From assembly GCA_964372745.1 (NCBI GenBank), contig CAYJSK010000001.1, forward strand, positions 1-27,461: 27,461 nt of DNA. Reading direction: 5' to 3'. The stretch comes from Candidatus Woesearchaeota archaeon. Its GTDB lineage: Archaea > Nanobdellota > Nanobdellia > SCGC-AAA011-G17 > GW2011-AR17. Below the pieces are notes generated by a model. The model was not told the origin of the DNA and did not search any database. It saw nothing but the letters and a program-made list of their open reading frames with translations. Positions 1 to 8,912 of the stretch are shown in pieces; position 1 is the first letter of the stretch, and each line of letters begins with the position of its first letter. Position numbers and translations under genes: made by a program.

Positions 1-78
1 GGAGTTTTGGAACTGGTTTCCTAACTTTGCCCCATACTTGTCCATGACTTTTTGAAAACGAGGATCTATTGCTACCAT
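1..78 (-). CDS. 5' end of a gene running off the left edge; possibly a type II secretion system F (TadC-like) platform protein
   Basis: ATG at 78 with an in-frame TAA two codons upstream; open to base 1 (MVAIDPRFQKVMDKYGAKLGNQFQNS); TATATAAA-like box about 28 nt upstream on minus. The platform call rests only on a remembered resemblance of KYGxKhxxQ to DPANN platform N-termini. Confidence 0.4.
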   Translation of the reverse strand, partial: MVAIDPRFQKVMDKYGAKLGNQFQNS

Positions 79-159
79 CTTTTATGCTTTTTATAGGAAA
101 AGAAGTTTATATATCTTTAGGGAGAAAAGTTAATAAAGAAAAGGTTTATTTTTGCCTTT

Positions 160-897
160 ATGAATAGATTAGAATTCTTTGAAAATACGCCCATTTTTGC
201 TATGCTTCATTTGGCTGGAGAAGAACCTGTACGACAAGCATTAGATGAACTGACAATCTTTGAAGAAGAAGGTGTTGATGGAGTTATTGTTGAAAACTAT
301 CATGGTTCTGAAGAGGATGTTGTAAACACTCTGCTGAACATAAAAGAGAGAAGAACTTCCTTGCATGTGGGTGTGAATATTCTTCCAAATAATTATCAGA
401 AAGCACTTCACCTTGCAGATGCTTTTGCTTATCCTTTTATTCAGTTAGATTATGTTGCTGGGAGATACCTGGGAAATACAAAAGAGATATCTTTAGAACA
501 GTACCTTTCTTGTCGTGAGAATAGAAAAGACGTTCTGGTTTTAGGAGGAGTATGGCCAAAATACTATACTCCAGTAGAAGGATCAGATTTAGAAAGTGAT
601 TTACGTGAAGGGATGGAAAGAGCAGATGCTATCGTAGTTACAGGGGAAGGAACAGGTATGCAAACACCCAGCGATAGGATTTTGAAATTTAGAGAAGTGA
701 TTGGTGGTCATCCTCTTGTTATCGGTGCAGGCCTCACTCCTAGGAATGCATATGGGCAACTCATGATTGCAGATGGAGGAATTGTGGGAAGCTGCTTTAA
801 AGTAGATGAAGAGACGAGTAACCTTGTCGATAGAGGAAGAGTTCGTGCATTCATGGATGTTGTACTTGAAGTACGAAAAGAAAAAAAGGGATTATAA
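160..897 (+). CDS. BtpA/SgcQ family TIM-barrel protein
   Basis: MLHL, GVDGVIVENY, GVNILPN, ADAIVVTGEGTG, LVIGAGLT and ADGGIVGSCFK match the BtpA/SgcQ pattern. Confidence 0.85.
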   Translation: MNRLEFFENTPIFAMLHLAGEEPVRQALDELTIFEEEGVDGVIVENYHGSEEDVVNTLLNIKERRTSLHVGVNILPNNYQKALHLADAFAYPFIQLDYVAGRYLGNTKEISLEQYLSCRENRKDVLVLGGVWPKYYTPVEGSDLESDLREGMERADAIVVTGEGTGMQTPSDRILKFREVIGGHPLVIGAGLTPRNAYGQLMIADGGIVGSCFKVDEETSNLVDRGRVRAFMDVVLEVRKEKKGL

Positions 898-1446
898 CTT
901 TTTAATTTCTACAAGAAGAGTAGGATTCGTCATTTGTATATCATAATGGGATTTGTTGTGTTCTATAATTGTTTTTGCTCCGAGACTCTTTTCAAAGAGT
1001 TTTGCATCACTTAGGGGGACAAAGACATCGTCATCAGAGAATAATGCTGTAAACGTTTTACAATTTTCTTTTACTTTTTTGAAATCTATATTCTTTTCTA
1101 ACCAAGGCCGAGCTATTTCTTGTGACTCTCCACTTTCTTCATCAATAGAATCTAAGTGAAACCAGCCCGCAACAAAGAATACTGCTTGTACCTTTCGGTT
1201 TTGTGTTTGTAAATATCGCATAATTGTTTGACAGCCAATGCTATGGCCAATGAGAATTGTTTCTTCACCAGGTTTTACTTCTTTTTCTAAGGTTGCTACC
1301 CAATCTTTAATCATAGGTGTTATTGGATGGGGCATTTTTAAGGCTTTAACTTTATAGCCTAGCTTTTCTAATTCCTTTGTGAGCCAAGGAAACCAACAAT
1401 TTGTTGGAGAGCCATCCCATCCATGTACGAGGTATGCTTGTTTCAT
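892..1446 (-). CDS. RBBP9/YdeN family alpha/beta hydrolase
   Basis: HGWDGSPTNCWFPWL N-terminus, GHSIG nucleophile elbow, SDDDVFV Asp, C-terminal SHY His. Confidence 0.88.
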   Translation of the reverse strand: MKQAYLVHGWDGSPTNCWFPWLTKELEKLGYKVKALKMPHPITPMIKDWVATLEKEVKPGEETILIGHSIGCQTIMRYLQTQNRKVQAVFFVAGWFHLDSIDEESGESQEIARPWLEKNIDFKKVKENCKTFTALFSDDDVFVPLSDAKLFEKSLGAKTIIEHNKSHYDIQMTNPTLLVEIKKL

Positions 1447-1544
1447 TGTGTCTTTGTCCTTTTACAATACTCTTTTACTACTGTAGTTGCTAAGACTAAA
1501 GAAGAGTCAACAACCTTAAAATACTTTCCGGATTAAATTCTACT

Positions 1545-1667
1545 TTATACTCTTGTGGAATCATAGCCACTATTTTTTATTCCATCTTTATTGAACCATT
1601 CTTTCAAAGACTTTGCAATGACCATTGCTTTTCTTTTGTCTTTTCCAGTTGCTTGACGAATTTTCAT
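1545..1667 (-). pseudogene. 40-aa ORF resembling the N-terminus of a GNAT acetyltransferase (probably truncated)
   Basis: ATG directly abuts the SDR stop (TAA ATG); MKIRQATGKDKRKAMVIAKSLKEWFNKDGIKN resembles the GNAT beta1-alpha1 start (IRxAxxxD ... LxEWF); stops before the acetyl-CoA motif A. Confidence 0.45.
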
Positions 1668-2408
1668 TTAGCCACAGCCACCATCTACTTTAATCGTTGC
1701 CCCATTGATAAAGCTTGCATCATCTGATGCTAAAAAGAGCACAACTTTTGCTATCTCTTCTGGTTTCCCCATTCTTTTTACATAGATCTTTTCTATCTCT
1801 TCTTTGATAAAATCTTTAGGTAAATCTTTATTCATTTCTGTATCAATCCATCCTGGAGCAATGCTATTTACTTGTATATATGGTGCTAACTCTTTTGCGA
1901 GGTTTCTCGTTAGAAGGATTACTCCTGCTTTTGCAGCATCATAATCCGGACAACTTGTACTGAATGTATCAATACCATTTGTCGAAGAGATATTAATAAT
2001 TCTCCCATATTTTTGCTTTAGCATACTCTGATGAGCATACTTGCTACATAAAAAAACACCTACCAGATTTATCCCAAGAATTTTTTTCCACTCTTCGGCA
2101 CCCCTTTCAAAAAAAGGCTTGTCAACCACAAAACCTGCGTTGTTCACTAAGATATCAACTCTTCCAAACTTCTTCGAAGCCTGTTCAAACATAGACTTTA
2201 CTTGCTTTTCATCAGAAACATCACACTGTATAGCTATCGCATCAGATCCTATTTTCTTTATTGCTTCCACAACTTTCTCTGCTTCTTTTGTAGATTTAGA
2301 AGAATTTACTATTACCTTTGCCCCTTCTTGTGCAAAAAGTATTGCCGTTGCTCTTCCTATACCTCTACTTGAACCAGTTACCAAAACAACTTTATTTTTG
2401 AATTTCAT
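1668..2408 (-). CDS. SDR family NAD(P)-dependent oxidoreductase (FabG-like)
   Basis: TGSSRGIG, NNAG, NISS, YDAAK (YxxxK), VNSIAPGWIDT, VDGG; GGAGG SD overlaps the ATPase stop. Confidence 0.93.
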   Translation of the reverse strand: MKFKNKVVLVTGSSRGIGRATAILFAQEGAKVIVNSSKSTKEAEKVVEAIKKIGSDAIAIQCDVSDEKQVKSMFEQASKKFGRVDILVNNAGFVVDKPFFERGAEEWKKILGINLVGVFLCSKYAHQSMLKQKYGRIINISSTNGIDTFSTSCPDYDAAKAGVILLTRNLAKELAPYIQVNSIAPGWIDTEMNKDLPKDFIKEEIEKIYVKRMGKPEEIAKVVLFLASDDASFINGATIKVDGGCG

Positions 2409-2417
2409 TTTGTCCTC

Positions 2418-5400
2418 CTAACCCATTTGCTTCTTCCTCACTTCTCTCTTTAACCATTCTTCCCATTCAAATTTAATTCTTTTTACATCTCCAGAACCCA
2501 CTTCCGCTTGAACACTTTCCGTAATTCTATGAAACATATCATTACCTTGTAAACAAAACTCTGCTTCTAAAAGCTCAGGCATTTTCATCCTATTTGAATA
2601 CTCTACCAACATTTGTTTCAGATCCCCTCTAAGGACTATATTATCCCATATAGCATCCCAGTTCCCCACCCATTCTTTGACATTTGAAGCAATATTTTTT
2701 AAGATCTCAGATTCTCCATTCATTAATTCTGTTGTTGGTTCGAGTTTGTCAATTTTTGCATTGTAACGCATAAGATCTACAAAACCACGTTCTGCAACAG
2801 GATCTTCTTCCCATGCCTTTCGTACTTCTGTTATTTGCAAACATCTTCTCACTCTCTTCATCCCATCTGCTGATCGAATAGGATTACAAATAATAATTAT
2901 GTCTGTTGCCTTAAACGAAGTTCTTGGTACTTTCAAATCATTCGCAATTCTATCAAAAACTCCATATGGAGAGTCTGCGTGGATTGTTCCCGCAACAACA
3001 TTTGCAGAAGCACCAATACGCATTGCCTCGAAGAGTGCTAATGCCTCAGTATTATGGAGCATTATTCCACCAAAGCCACCTATAAAATTTTGACAAGGCT
3101 GCACAGAAAGATCATATACATATTCTTTCTCTGGTAACATTACTTCTTTTATTTCTTTTACTTCATCAAGATAAAAATCTCCTTGTACAAAAGCCTTTAT
3201 CCTCTCACTTGCCCATTCTGCTTCCCCTACTACCCTCTTTAAATAATCTTTCCCACATGAAGTGTATCTTCTGAGATGCCTATACTCTCTTTTAACTTTT
3301 ACATGTTCTTCTAGGATTTTGTGATCATAATCTACAGTGTTAAAGGTACTATGAGAAGTTTGTCTTTCTATGATCTCTTTAGAGTATTTCTTAAATGCCA
3401 CTTTTTCTAGGAATAACTGGATATATTTTCTTTGCTTAAAGACAACAACAAAAGACTCATGTTTTCCTATATCGGACATCGTTCCTTTCTCTAATCTTGC
3501 AATTATGCCCAAACAAAGGAGAAGATGCATAAGATCATCAGCTAAATCTTTTGAAACTGTGCTTGCAGAGATTTCATTTCCTGAAGATTTTGAGACTAAC
3601 TGACAACCATCTCCATCAAAATACCCTTTTAGAAATTCACAAATCTTTTCTTCAGATAAACCAAATACTATAGGAGGAACACGTTTTTCTGGGGCTATTC
3701 TTCCGCAAGCAAGTTTTTCTAAGAGAAGACCTAAAATTTTATTGTTTAAAACTATCTGTGTTGAAATGCCTAAGCCTTTCGTTTGCCTTACAAAGGGGTC
3801 TATACCAAATAGATTTCTAGAAAGAGAAATAATATCTTTTACAATGACAGGATTTCCATTTGAAAAAACAACTACAGAACTTTCTTTCTGAGTATATCCT
3901 TCAGAAGCATAATACCCTAGGAAACGACAGAAATCTTTTGAAATTTCTATTTCTGCTTCAATAGTTTTACTCGTTCCTTTTTTGATTTGAAAGGTTGTTG
4001 TATTATATGAATGATTTGCTTCCTTTGCTAACTCCTTAAATGTAGAAATAGGAATATTTGTATGCTGGATTCCTTTTCTTAAGTAGACGTAAATATCTGC
4101 ACTAGTATTTGCAATTTGAGAAGCTTTTTTCCAACCTATCTTAGAGATTATCTGCCTCAGATCTTCTTCATAGCCTTCTAATTTACATCCTTTATCTTCT
4201 AAAAGATCTATTATATTTAATCTATTGAGATTATTATAGCCAGAGGGTATTTTTTCTGGTATTATAATTTTGCTTCCTATTTTCAAATCTTTGCATTCAA
4301 TAGGAATTATTTGAAAATCTTTATGTGTAAAAAGACTATGGTCAGGTGTTACTGTTACTTTTCTTCCTGTCTTTGTTGTTACTTCTAATAATTTTTCTCT
4401 CTTGGGATGTTTTACAAAGGCTATAACTCTCTTTAGTTTAAACTTTAGATCTCTATCCATCGTTGGAACATACATCTCAGATATATCTCTCCCTTCTAAT
4501 TCTTGTATTGGAATCCTTTCTGTTTTTCCTTTATCCACAATGAAAACTTTTTCTGTACCACGAATAGAACTTCGAACTTCACCGACGATAAGTGCTGAAT
4601 CTCCCAACCGTAAGGAAGTTCTAATTCCTTCATCTGCTGGAACTTCAGAACCACTCTTTGATAATGCACCCCTCACTTTTAATGGTTGAATATTATAGCC
4701 TAATTTTCTCATTGCATCAACTGGAAGTTCTAGAGTGTTATGTGCAACAATATTATTCACAATAAAACTTTCATTTTCTGGAACAGAAATATCATACACA
4801 TATTTTTCATCTTTGGATACTATTTTGATCTCTTTTATCTTATCCCAATAAAGATCAGAAAAAGCAAGAGTCTCTAATTGTTCAGATAGTTCTACACAAG
4901 AAAAGATTTCTTTATTGATCGAGAATAACTTTTCTCTTCCACTATTATTCCCTCTGGGGATATAATTCCAAGAATTAAAATTTTTAGAAAGCTGAGCAAT
5001 TTTCCTTTTAAATGCTGTGGATAAAGGAATAATACCAGAACTCCCCTGTGTTGATTGTTTATTACAAAGTTTTTCTAAAAGGGATGATTTGTAGAACTGT
5101 AACACTCCTATATTTTGTTTAAACTCTCTTAAAGATTTGAGACTAGAAACTCTGCAAGGATAACATTTATCTGAATCTCTGTATTTTCCAATTCTAAAAA
5201 TAACCCCATAATAAAGAAGAAGAGTCTGTATATCTTTTAAGAACTGTTTTGAACAGAGACTTATTACAATTTCTTTTTCTGTAACACAAGCATCGCTAGA
5301 GAATATCCCTTTTAAAACAAAAGCTATTTGTTGCTTGGAAAGTCCAAATATCCAAGAAGGGATTCTTTTTGTGTATGCATCACCCTTCAATTCTAATATC

Positions 5401-7769
5401 TCCCTTAATAGGAATTTTAGTGTTCCTGAATTTATCACTAAAGTAAAGGCATCGGAATGATAATGTGTTGAAAAATCAAAACGACCAGCAATATTTTTTA
5501 CGATTCCAATTTCTTCCTTTGAACTCACAGACAGGAGTACAGAATTCTTATCATAACATCCATTTGCTAACCACAGTCCTAAGAAAGTGAGAAAAGAGTT
5601 ATCAAGAATTATCTCTATTGGCACCCATTGTGCATTTTTCCCATTTTTCCAATTTAAGCCCTTTAATTCTTTTACTGAAACACCTACAGAAACTAATTCA
5701 TAAAGAATTTTTCCAGGGATAAGACCCATACGAACCCATTTTAATATCTGGGATTTTTTGTATCCTAACTCTTCCCCTATTTGTTTTACACACTCTTGAT
5801 TTTTGCGTAGAAAAACCCGAAGGTTCTCTCCCTTAAAATATAACTCTGAGAATTTTTCTTTGTAGTCTAGAATATTCATTCTTTCTTTTAAAACATTATG
5901 ATTGGGGATTCTTCTAGGCACAGCTATAAAATCTCCTTCTTTTATTAAAGAGGGTTTAATCTCCCCTATACCCCCTTCCTCATTTAAGGAAAAAAGAGAA
6001 TGGTCCCCAGTCACTTCTATTTCTCTTCCTGTTGAAGTCTTGATGAAGTACATAGGTTTATCTACATTATGCCGAATAAACTTACTTGCTTTTGAGAAGA
6101 AAATTTTTCCCACTTTATTCATAGAAAGGACTTCAATATTGCTTCTGTTTCCTGTTACTTCATGACCAGTGAGATTATACCAAGATCCCTCTTTTTCCAG
6201 GATAGAATCTATAAGCTCAGCTATTTTTTGCTTTCTTATACTCCCTCCTTCTTTTACTAGGATTTCTGAATCACCACTCACACTATCTTCAATGGTCAAA
6301 ACCCGATATTTTCTCATAATTTCTAAGAGGAGAGCTCCCAAAAAACTCGACTTTCCTGAGCTTCTTGTCCCAGCAATCAGATGGGCTCGTGCACCTTCAA
6401 TAGTAAAACTAAGAAGACCAGCAGAAAGAGGAGTCATCATACCATTCTTGATGAAAAGAGGAAGTGTCCAAGGAGTATCTCTGTGTCGACGAAATGACAT
6501 GCCAAACCCATAAGGGTTGAGAGGTTTTCCAATGACTGATAATCGTGAACGAGATTTGGGAAGAATAATTTCTGTATCAAGAATAGGATTTGCTTCATCT
6601 AATGGGCGACCAGAAAGGAGACGAAATTTTGTTGTCCAAGATTCGAAGTCAGCAGTACTAGGAGTTATATTTGTGACACACTCTGCATGGTTTTCATGAA
6701 GAAGAAAAATAGGAACTTGGCCCATAGGAGAGTTTATCGTTAAGTCTTGTACTCTTTCATCTTCAAGAAGAAGCTCTACCACACCAAAGCCAATGGTGTG
6801 TCGTACAAGAATTTCTGCCATCTCGACAACTTCATCAGGGGTGAGAAGCATGCCTCGTTGTTCTGCAAGTTCTCGAATTAGATCTTTACTAATATTTGTA
6901 AAGGTTGTACGCATTTTTTCTGGATCGAGGAATTCTTCTGCTTGAGGTTGATGCTCTGAAATGACTTTTTTTGCAAGATCAATTAATTCAAATTTGTCTT
7001 CGGATATTTTGAATTCTGGAGGAGTTATATGGTACAGATTTTTAATTTCTGTTTGTGTTTTGTAGATTGCAACATCTGTAGAATTATTAATTTTGTATAA
7101 ATCCAATTGTTCTGCATCTAATGGTGGAGAAGTTGCAAGTTTTGCATACATAAAGTCAGGACTAATCGTTGGGCGAAATAATAATCGGTACACTTCTCTA
7201 TCTGCTTGTGTATACCCTGCAAGATATTCTTTTGACTGGAGAATAATTTTTGTTTTTTCTAATTGTGAAAGAATTTCTTCTAGAATTTGTGTGTAGAGAG
7301 CATAAGAGTTTTGTGCGTTGGGATCTTGTGTTGTCTTTTTGTTAATTGTTTCAGTCCTTAGTATTCTCTTGAGCTCAGCATAAGCTGCAAGAGGGTCTTG
7401 TTTTAGGAGATTAAATAGAAGGAATTGGATGGTGGAGAGTCTTTGTCCAAGAAGTTCTGGAGGATCTGTTGGAAGACCAATGTTTTGTAAAGAGGTTGCA
7501 CGTTTGCTCTTAAAAAAATAACTGTAAATGTTGGCAATCTCTACAAGCATTTGGGTTTGTTCATAGGTGTAGGCATATTTTCTTCTTTGGTGAAAAGTAA
7601 TACGTGCTGCTGAAGGATTTTCTACAAGCTTATCAATAGCATCCATCATGACAAGAGGGTTGTCTTCAATTGAGGGTGTGTAAGACTTGTCTTCATAGTT
7701 CATTTTAAGAACTTCTTCTCCTCCTTCTCGAATTATTTCTACTTGCTTTACCTCTTTTGTGTACACCAT
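2418..7769 (-). CDS. Type II/IV secretion system ATPase (CpaF/TadA/VirB11-like), 1783-aa precursor with two inteins; about 761 aa spliced
   Basis: Walker A GTRSSGKS; spliced junctions restore TIED|TLELP and LIVGEVRS|TEALALFEAM (Walker B); GTIHAD His box; long N-terminal extension. Confidence 0.92.
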   Translation of the reverse strand: MVYTKEVKQVEIIREGGEEVLKMNYEDKSYTPSIEDNPLVMMDAIDKLVENPSAARITFHQRRKYAYTYEQTQMLVEIANIYSYFFKSKRATSLQNIGLPTDPPELLGQRLSTIQFLLFNLLKQDPLAAYAELKRILRTETINKKTTQDPNAQNSYALYTQILEEILSQLEKTKIILQSKEYLAGYTQADREVYRLLFRPTISPDFMYAKLATSPPLDAEQLDLYKINNSTDVAIYKTQTEIKNLYHITPPEFKISEDKFELIDLAKKVISEHQPQAEEFLDPEKMRTTFTNISKDLIRELAEQRGMLLTPDEVVEMAEILVRHTIGFGVVELLLEDERVQDLTINSPMGQVPIFLLHENHAECVTNITPSTADFESWTTKFRLLSGRPLDEANPILDTEIILPKSRSRLSVIGKPLNPYGFGMSFRRHRDTPWTLPLFIKNGMMTPLSAGLLSFTIEGARAHLIAGTRSSGKSSFLGALLLEIMRKYRVLTIEDSVSGDSEILVKEGGSIRKQKIAELIDSILEKEGSWYNLTGHEVTGNRSNIEVLSMNKVGKIFFSKASKFIRHNVDKPMYFIKTSTGREIEVTGDHSLFSLNEEGGIGEIKPSLIKEGDFIAVPRRIPNHNVLKERMNILDYKEKFSELYFKGENLRVFLRKNQECVKQIGEELGYKKSQILKWVRMGLIPGKILYELVSVGVSVKELKGLNWKNGKNAQWVPIEIILDNSFLTFLGLWLANGCYDKNSVLLSVSSKEEIGIVKNIAGRFDFSTHYHSDAFTLVINSGTLKFLLREILELKGDAYTKRIPSWIFGLSKQQIAFVLKGIFSSDACVTEKEIVISLCSKQFLKDIQTLLLYYGVIFRIGKYRDSDKCYPCRVSSLKSLREFKQNIGVLQFYKSSLLEKLCNKQSTQGSSGIIPLSTAFKRKIAQLSKNFNSWNYIPRGNNSGREKLFSINKEIFSCVELSEQLETLAFSDLYWDKIKEIKIVSKDEKYVYDISVPENESFIVNNIVAHNTLELPVDAMRKLGYNIQPLKVRGALSKSGSEVPADEGIRTSLRLGDSALIVGEVRSSIRGTEKVFIVDKGKTERIPIQELEGRDISEMYVPTMDRDLKFKLKRVIAFVKHPKREKLLEVTTKTGRKVTVTPDHSLFTHKDFQIIPIECKDLKIGSKIIIPEKIPSGYNNLNRLNIIDLLEDKGCKLEGYEEDLRQIISKIGWKKASQIANTSADIYVYLRKGIQHTNIPISTFKELAKEANHSYNTTTFQIKKGTSKTIEAEIEISKDFCRFLGYYASEGYTQKESSVVVFSNGNPVIVKDIISLSRNLFGIDPFVRQTKGLGISTQIVLNNKILGLLLEKLACGRIAPEKRVPPIVFGLSEEKICEFLKGYFDGDGCQLVSKSSGNEISASTVSKDLADDLMHLLLCLGIIARLEKGTMSDIGKHESFVVVFKQRKYIQLFLEKVAFKKYSKEIIERQTSHSTFNTVDYDHKILEEHVKVKREYRHLRRYTSCGKDYLKRVVGEAEWASERIKAFVQGDFYLDEVKEIKEVMLPEKEYVYDLSVQPCQNFIGGFGGIMLHNTEALALFEAMRIGASANVVAGTIHADSPYGVFDRIANDLKVPRTSFKATDIIIICNPIRSADGMKRVRRCLQITEVRKAWEEDPVAERGFVDLMRYNAKIDKLEPTTELMNGESEILKNIASNVKEWVGNWDAIWDNIVLRGDLKQMLVEYSNRMKMPELLEAEFCLQGNDMFHRITESVQAEVGSGDVKRIKFEWEEWLKREVRKKQMG
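3051..4568 (-). mobile_element. Intein 2 (506 aa, precursor aa 1068-1573) with LAGLIDADG homing endonuclease
   Basis: Starts SIRGTEKVFI; block B TVTPDHSLF; EN motifs FLGYYASEG and FLKGYFDGDG; ends YVYDLSV...GIMLHN; +1 Thr. Confidence 0.93.
4737..6284 (-). mobile_element. Intein 1 (516 aa, precursor aa 496-1011) with probably degenerate LAGLIDADG endonuclease
   Basis: Starts SVSGDSEILV; block B EVTGDHSLF; EN motifs FLGLWLANG and LKGIFSSDA; ends YVYDISV...IVAHN; +1 Thr. Confidence 0.93.
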
Positions 7770-7861
7770 TTATGCCTCTAAGAGTTCTCAAGATTAAATA
7801 GCTTTCTTTTGTGTAGAATATAGAGCAAATATTTATTAAGACAAAAGCTTAGAAGAATAGT

Positions 7862-8290
7862 ATGGCGCAAGAGCAAATGCAAGTAGATTTTACTCAAGCA
7901 GTGAACGAACTTGCAAATAGACTGCGTATTCTTGAATCCAAACAAAGCTTGCTTTCTGAAAAACTTTTGGTTATGAATCAAAATATGATTGAAGAGTACA
8001 AAAAGGTTATGAAAGAAACAAAAGTTCTTGACATGGATATCAAAGATATGAAAAAAGATATTGCAAATGTAAAAAACATTGTGAGGCATCTTACGGAAGA
8101 AGCAGGAAAATTTGCAAAACAAAGTGACCTTAAAGTACTCGAAAAGTATATTAAGCTCTGGAGCCCTATGAACTTTGTTAGTGAAAAGAAAGTTGAGGAA
8201 ATGATTCATGCTGCATTAAAAGCACAGGAAGCAGTTCCAGTAAAGAGGCTCAAGAAAGACAATGCCGCAGACAGAGATACCAGTGAATGA
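7862..8290 (+). CDS. Coiled-coil hypothetical protein
   Basis: Heptad-rich (LANRLRILESKQSLL...; DLKVLEKYIKLWSPMNFV); TTTATTAA box about 23 nt upstream; divergent from the ATPase. Confidence 0.8.
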   Translation: MAQEQMQVDFTQAVNELANRLRILESKQSLLSEKLLVMNQNMIEEYKKVMKETKVLDMDIKDMKKDIANVKNIVRHLTEEAGKFAKQSDLKVLEKYIKLWSPMNFVSEKKVEEMIHAALKAQEAVPVKRLKKDNAADRDTSE

Positions 8291-8903
8291 TGCGCTGGCA
8301 TTATTGAATCAAGGTTTTAAGCGAGAGGAAATAACTCGAAGTTTGGAATCAAAAGGTTATAATCTTCAGCAAATCTCTGATGCTATTCATCAAGCAGAAA
8401 TAAAACAAGGAGTGAATGCAATGCCAGGACAACAAATGCAACAATCTGTAATGGATCAAGACTTAGATATCCCATTACCTGACCAAGGACCTGCACCTGA
8501 TCAACAACAAGCTCCGCAACAACAATATTCTCAATATCAACAACCACAACAGTATCAAGCTCCACCTTCGGTTAATTATGACCAGATCCAAGTATTGGTT
8601 GAACAAATTGTTGAAGAAAAGTGGAAAGAAATGATGCGAACCGTTGGAGATATTCCTGTTTTTAAAGCCCGAGTTAGTGATGATATGGAAGCAGTGAAAC
8701 AAGAGCTTCTTCGTACACAGAAAAGACTAGAAGATCTTCAAGTTGCTGTTCTTGGAAAAGTGAAAGAGTATAATGATAGTGTTCTTGGTATTGGAAATGA
8801 TATGAAGGCTCTTGAACAAGTGTTTAGTAAGATTATGGAGCCGCTTGTAAGCAATGTCAAAGAACTAAGTAAGATTACTGAAGAATTAAAGCAGAAAAAA
8901 TAA
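8262..8903 (+). CDS. Hypothetical protein: small N-terminal helical domain, Q/P-rich linker, C-terminal coiled coil
   Basis: Overlaps the upstream gene by 29 nt; QQQAPQQQYSQYQQPQQYQ linker; long amphipathic C-terminal helices. Confidence 0.8.
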   Translation: MPQTEIPVNDALALLNQGFKREEITRSLESKGYNLQQISDAIHQAEIKQGVNAMPGQQMQQSVMDQDLDIPLPDQGPAPDQQQAPQQQYSQYQQPQQYQAPPSVNYDQIQVLVEQIVEEKWKEMMRTVGDIPVFKARVSDDMEAVKQELLRTQKRLEDLQVAVLGKVKEYNDSVLGIGNDMKALEQVFSKIMEPLVSNVKELSKITEELKQKK

Positions 8904-8912
8904 TTTTCTTTT

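Noticed and set aside
1516-1532. TTTCCGGA resembling the C-box palindrome
   Set aside because: Only the right half-site matches; the left half is unrelated
953-7296. Plus-strand ORFs antisense to YdeN, SDR and the ATPase (953, 2041, 2899, 3370, 4402, 5902, 6169, 6517, 7093)
   Set aside because: Ser/Phe/Ile-rich shadow translations fully inside well-supported minus-strand genes; no motifs
8490-8570. CAA-rich repeats, and the similar Glu/Val codon repeats around 15940-16080
   Set aside because: Low-complexity coding sequence for linkers, not an independent repeat element
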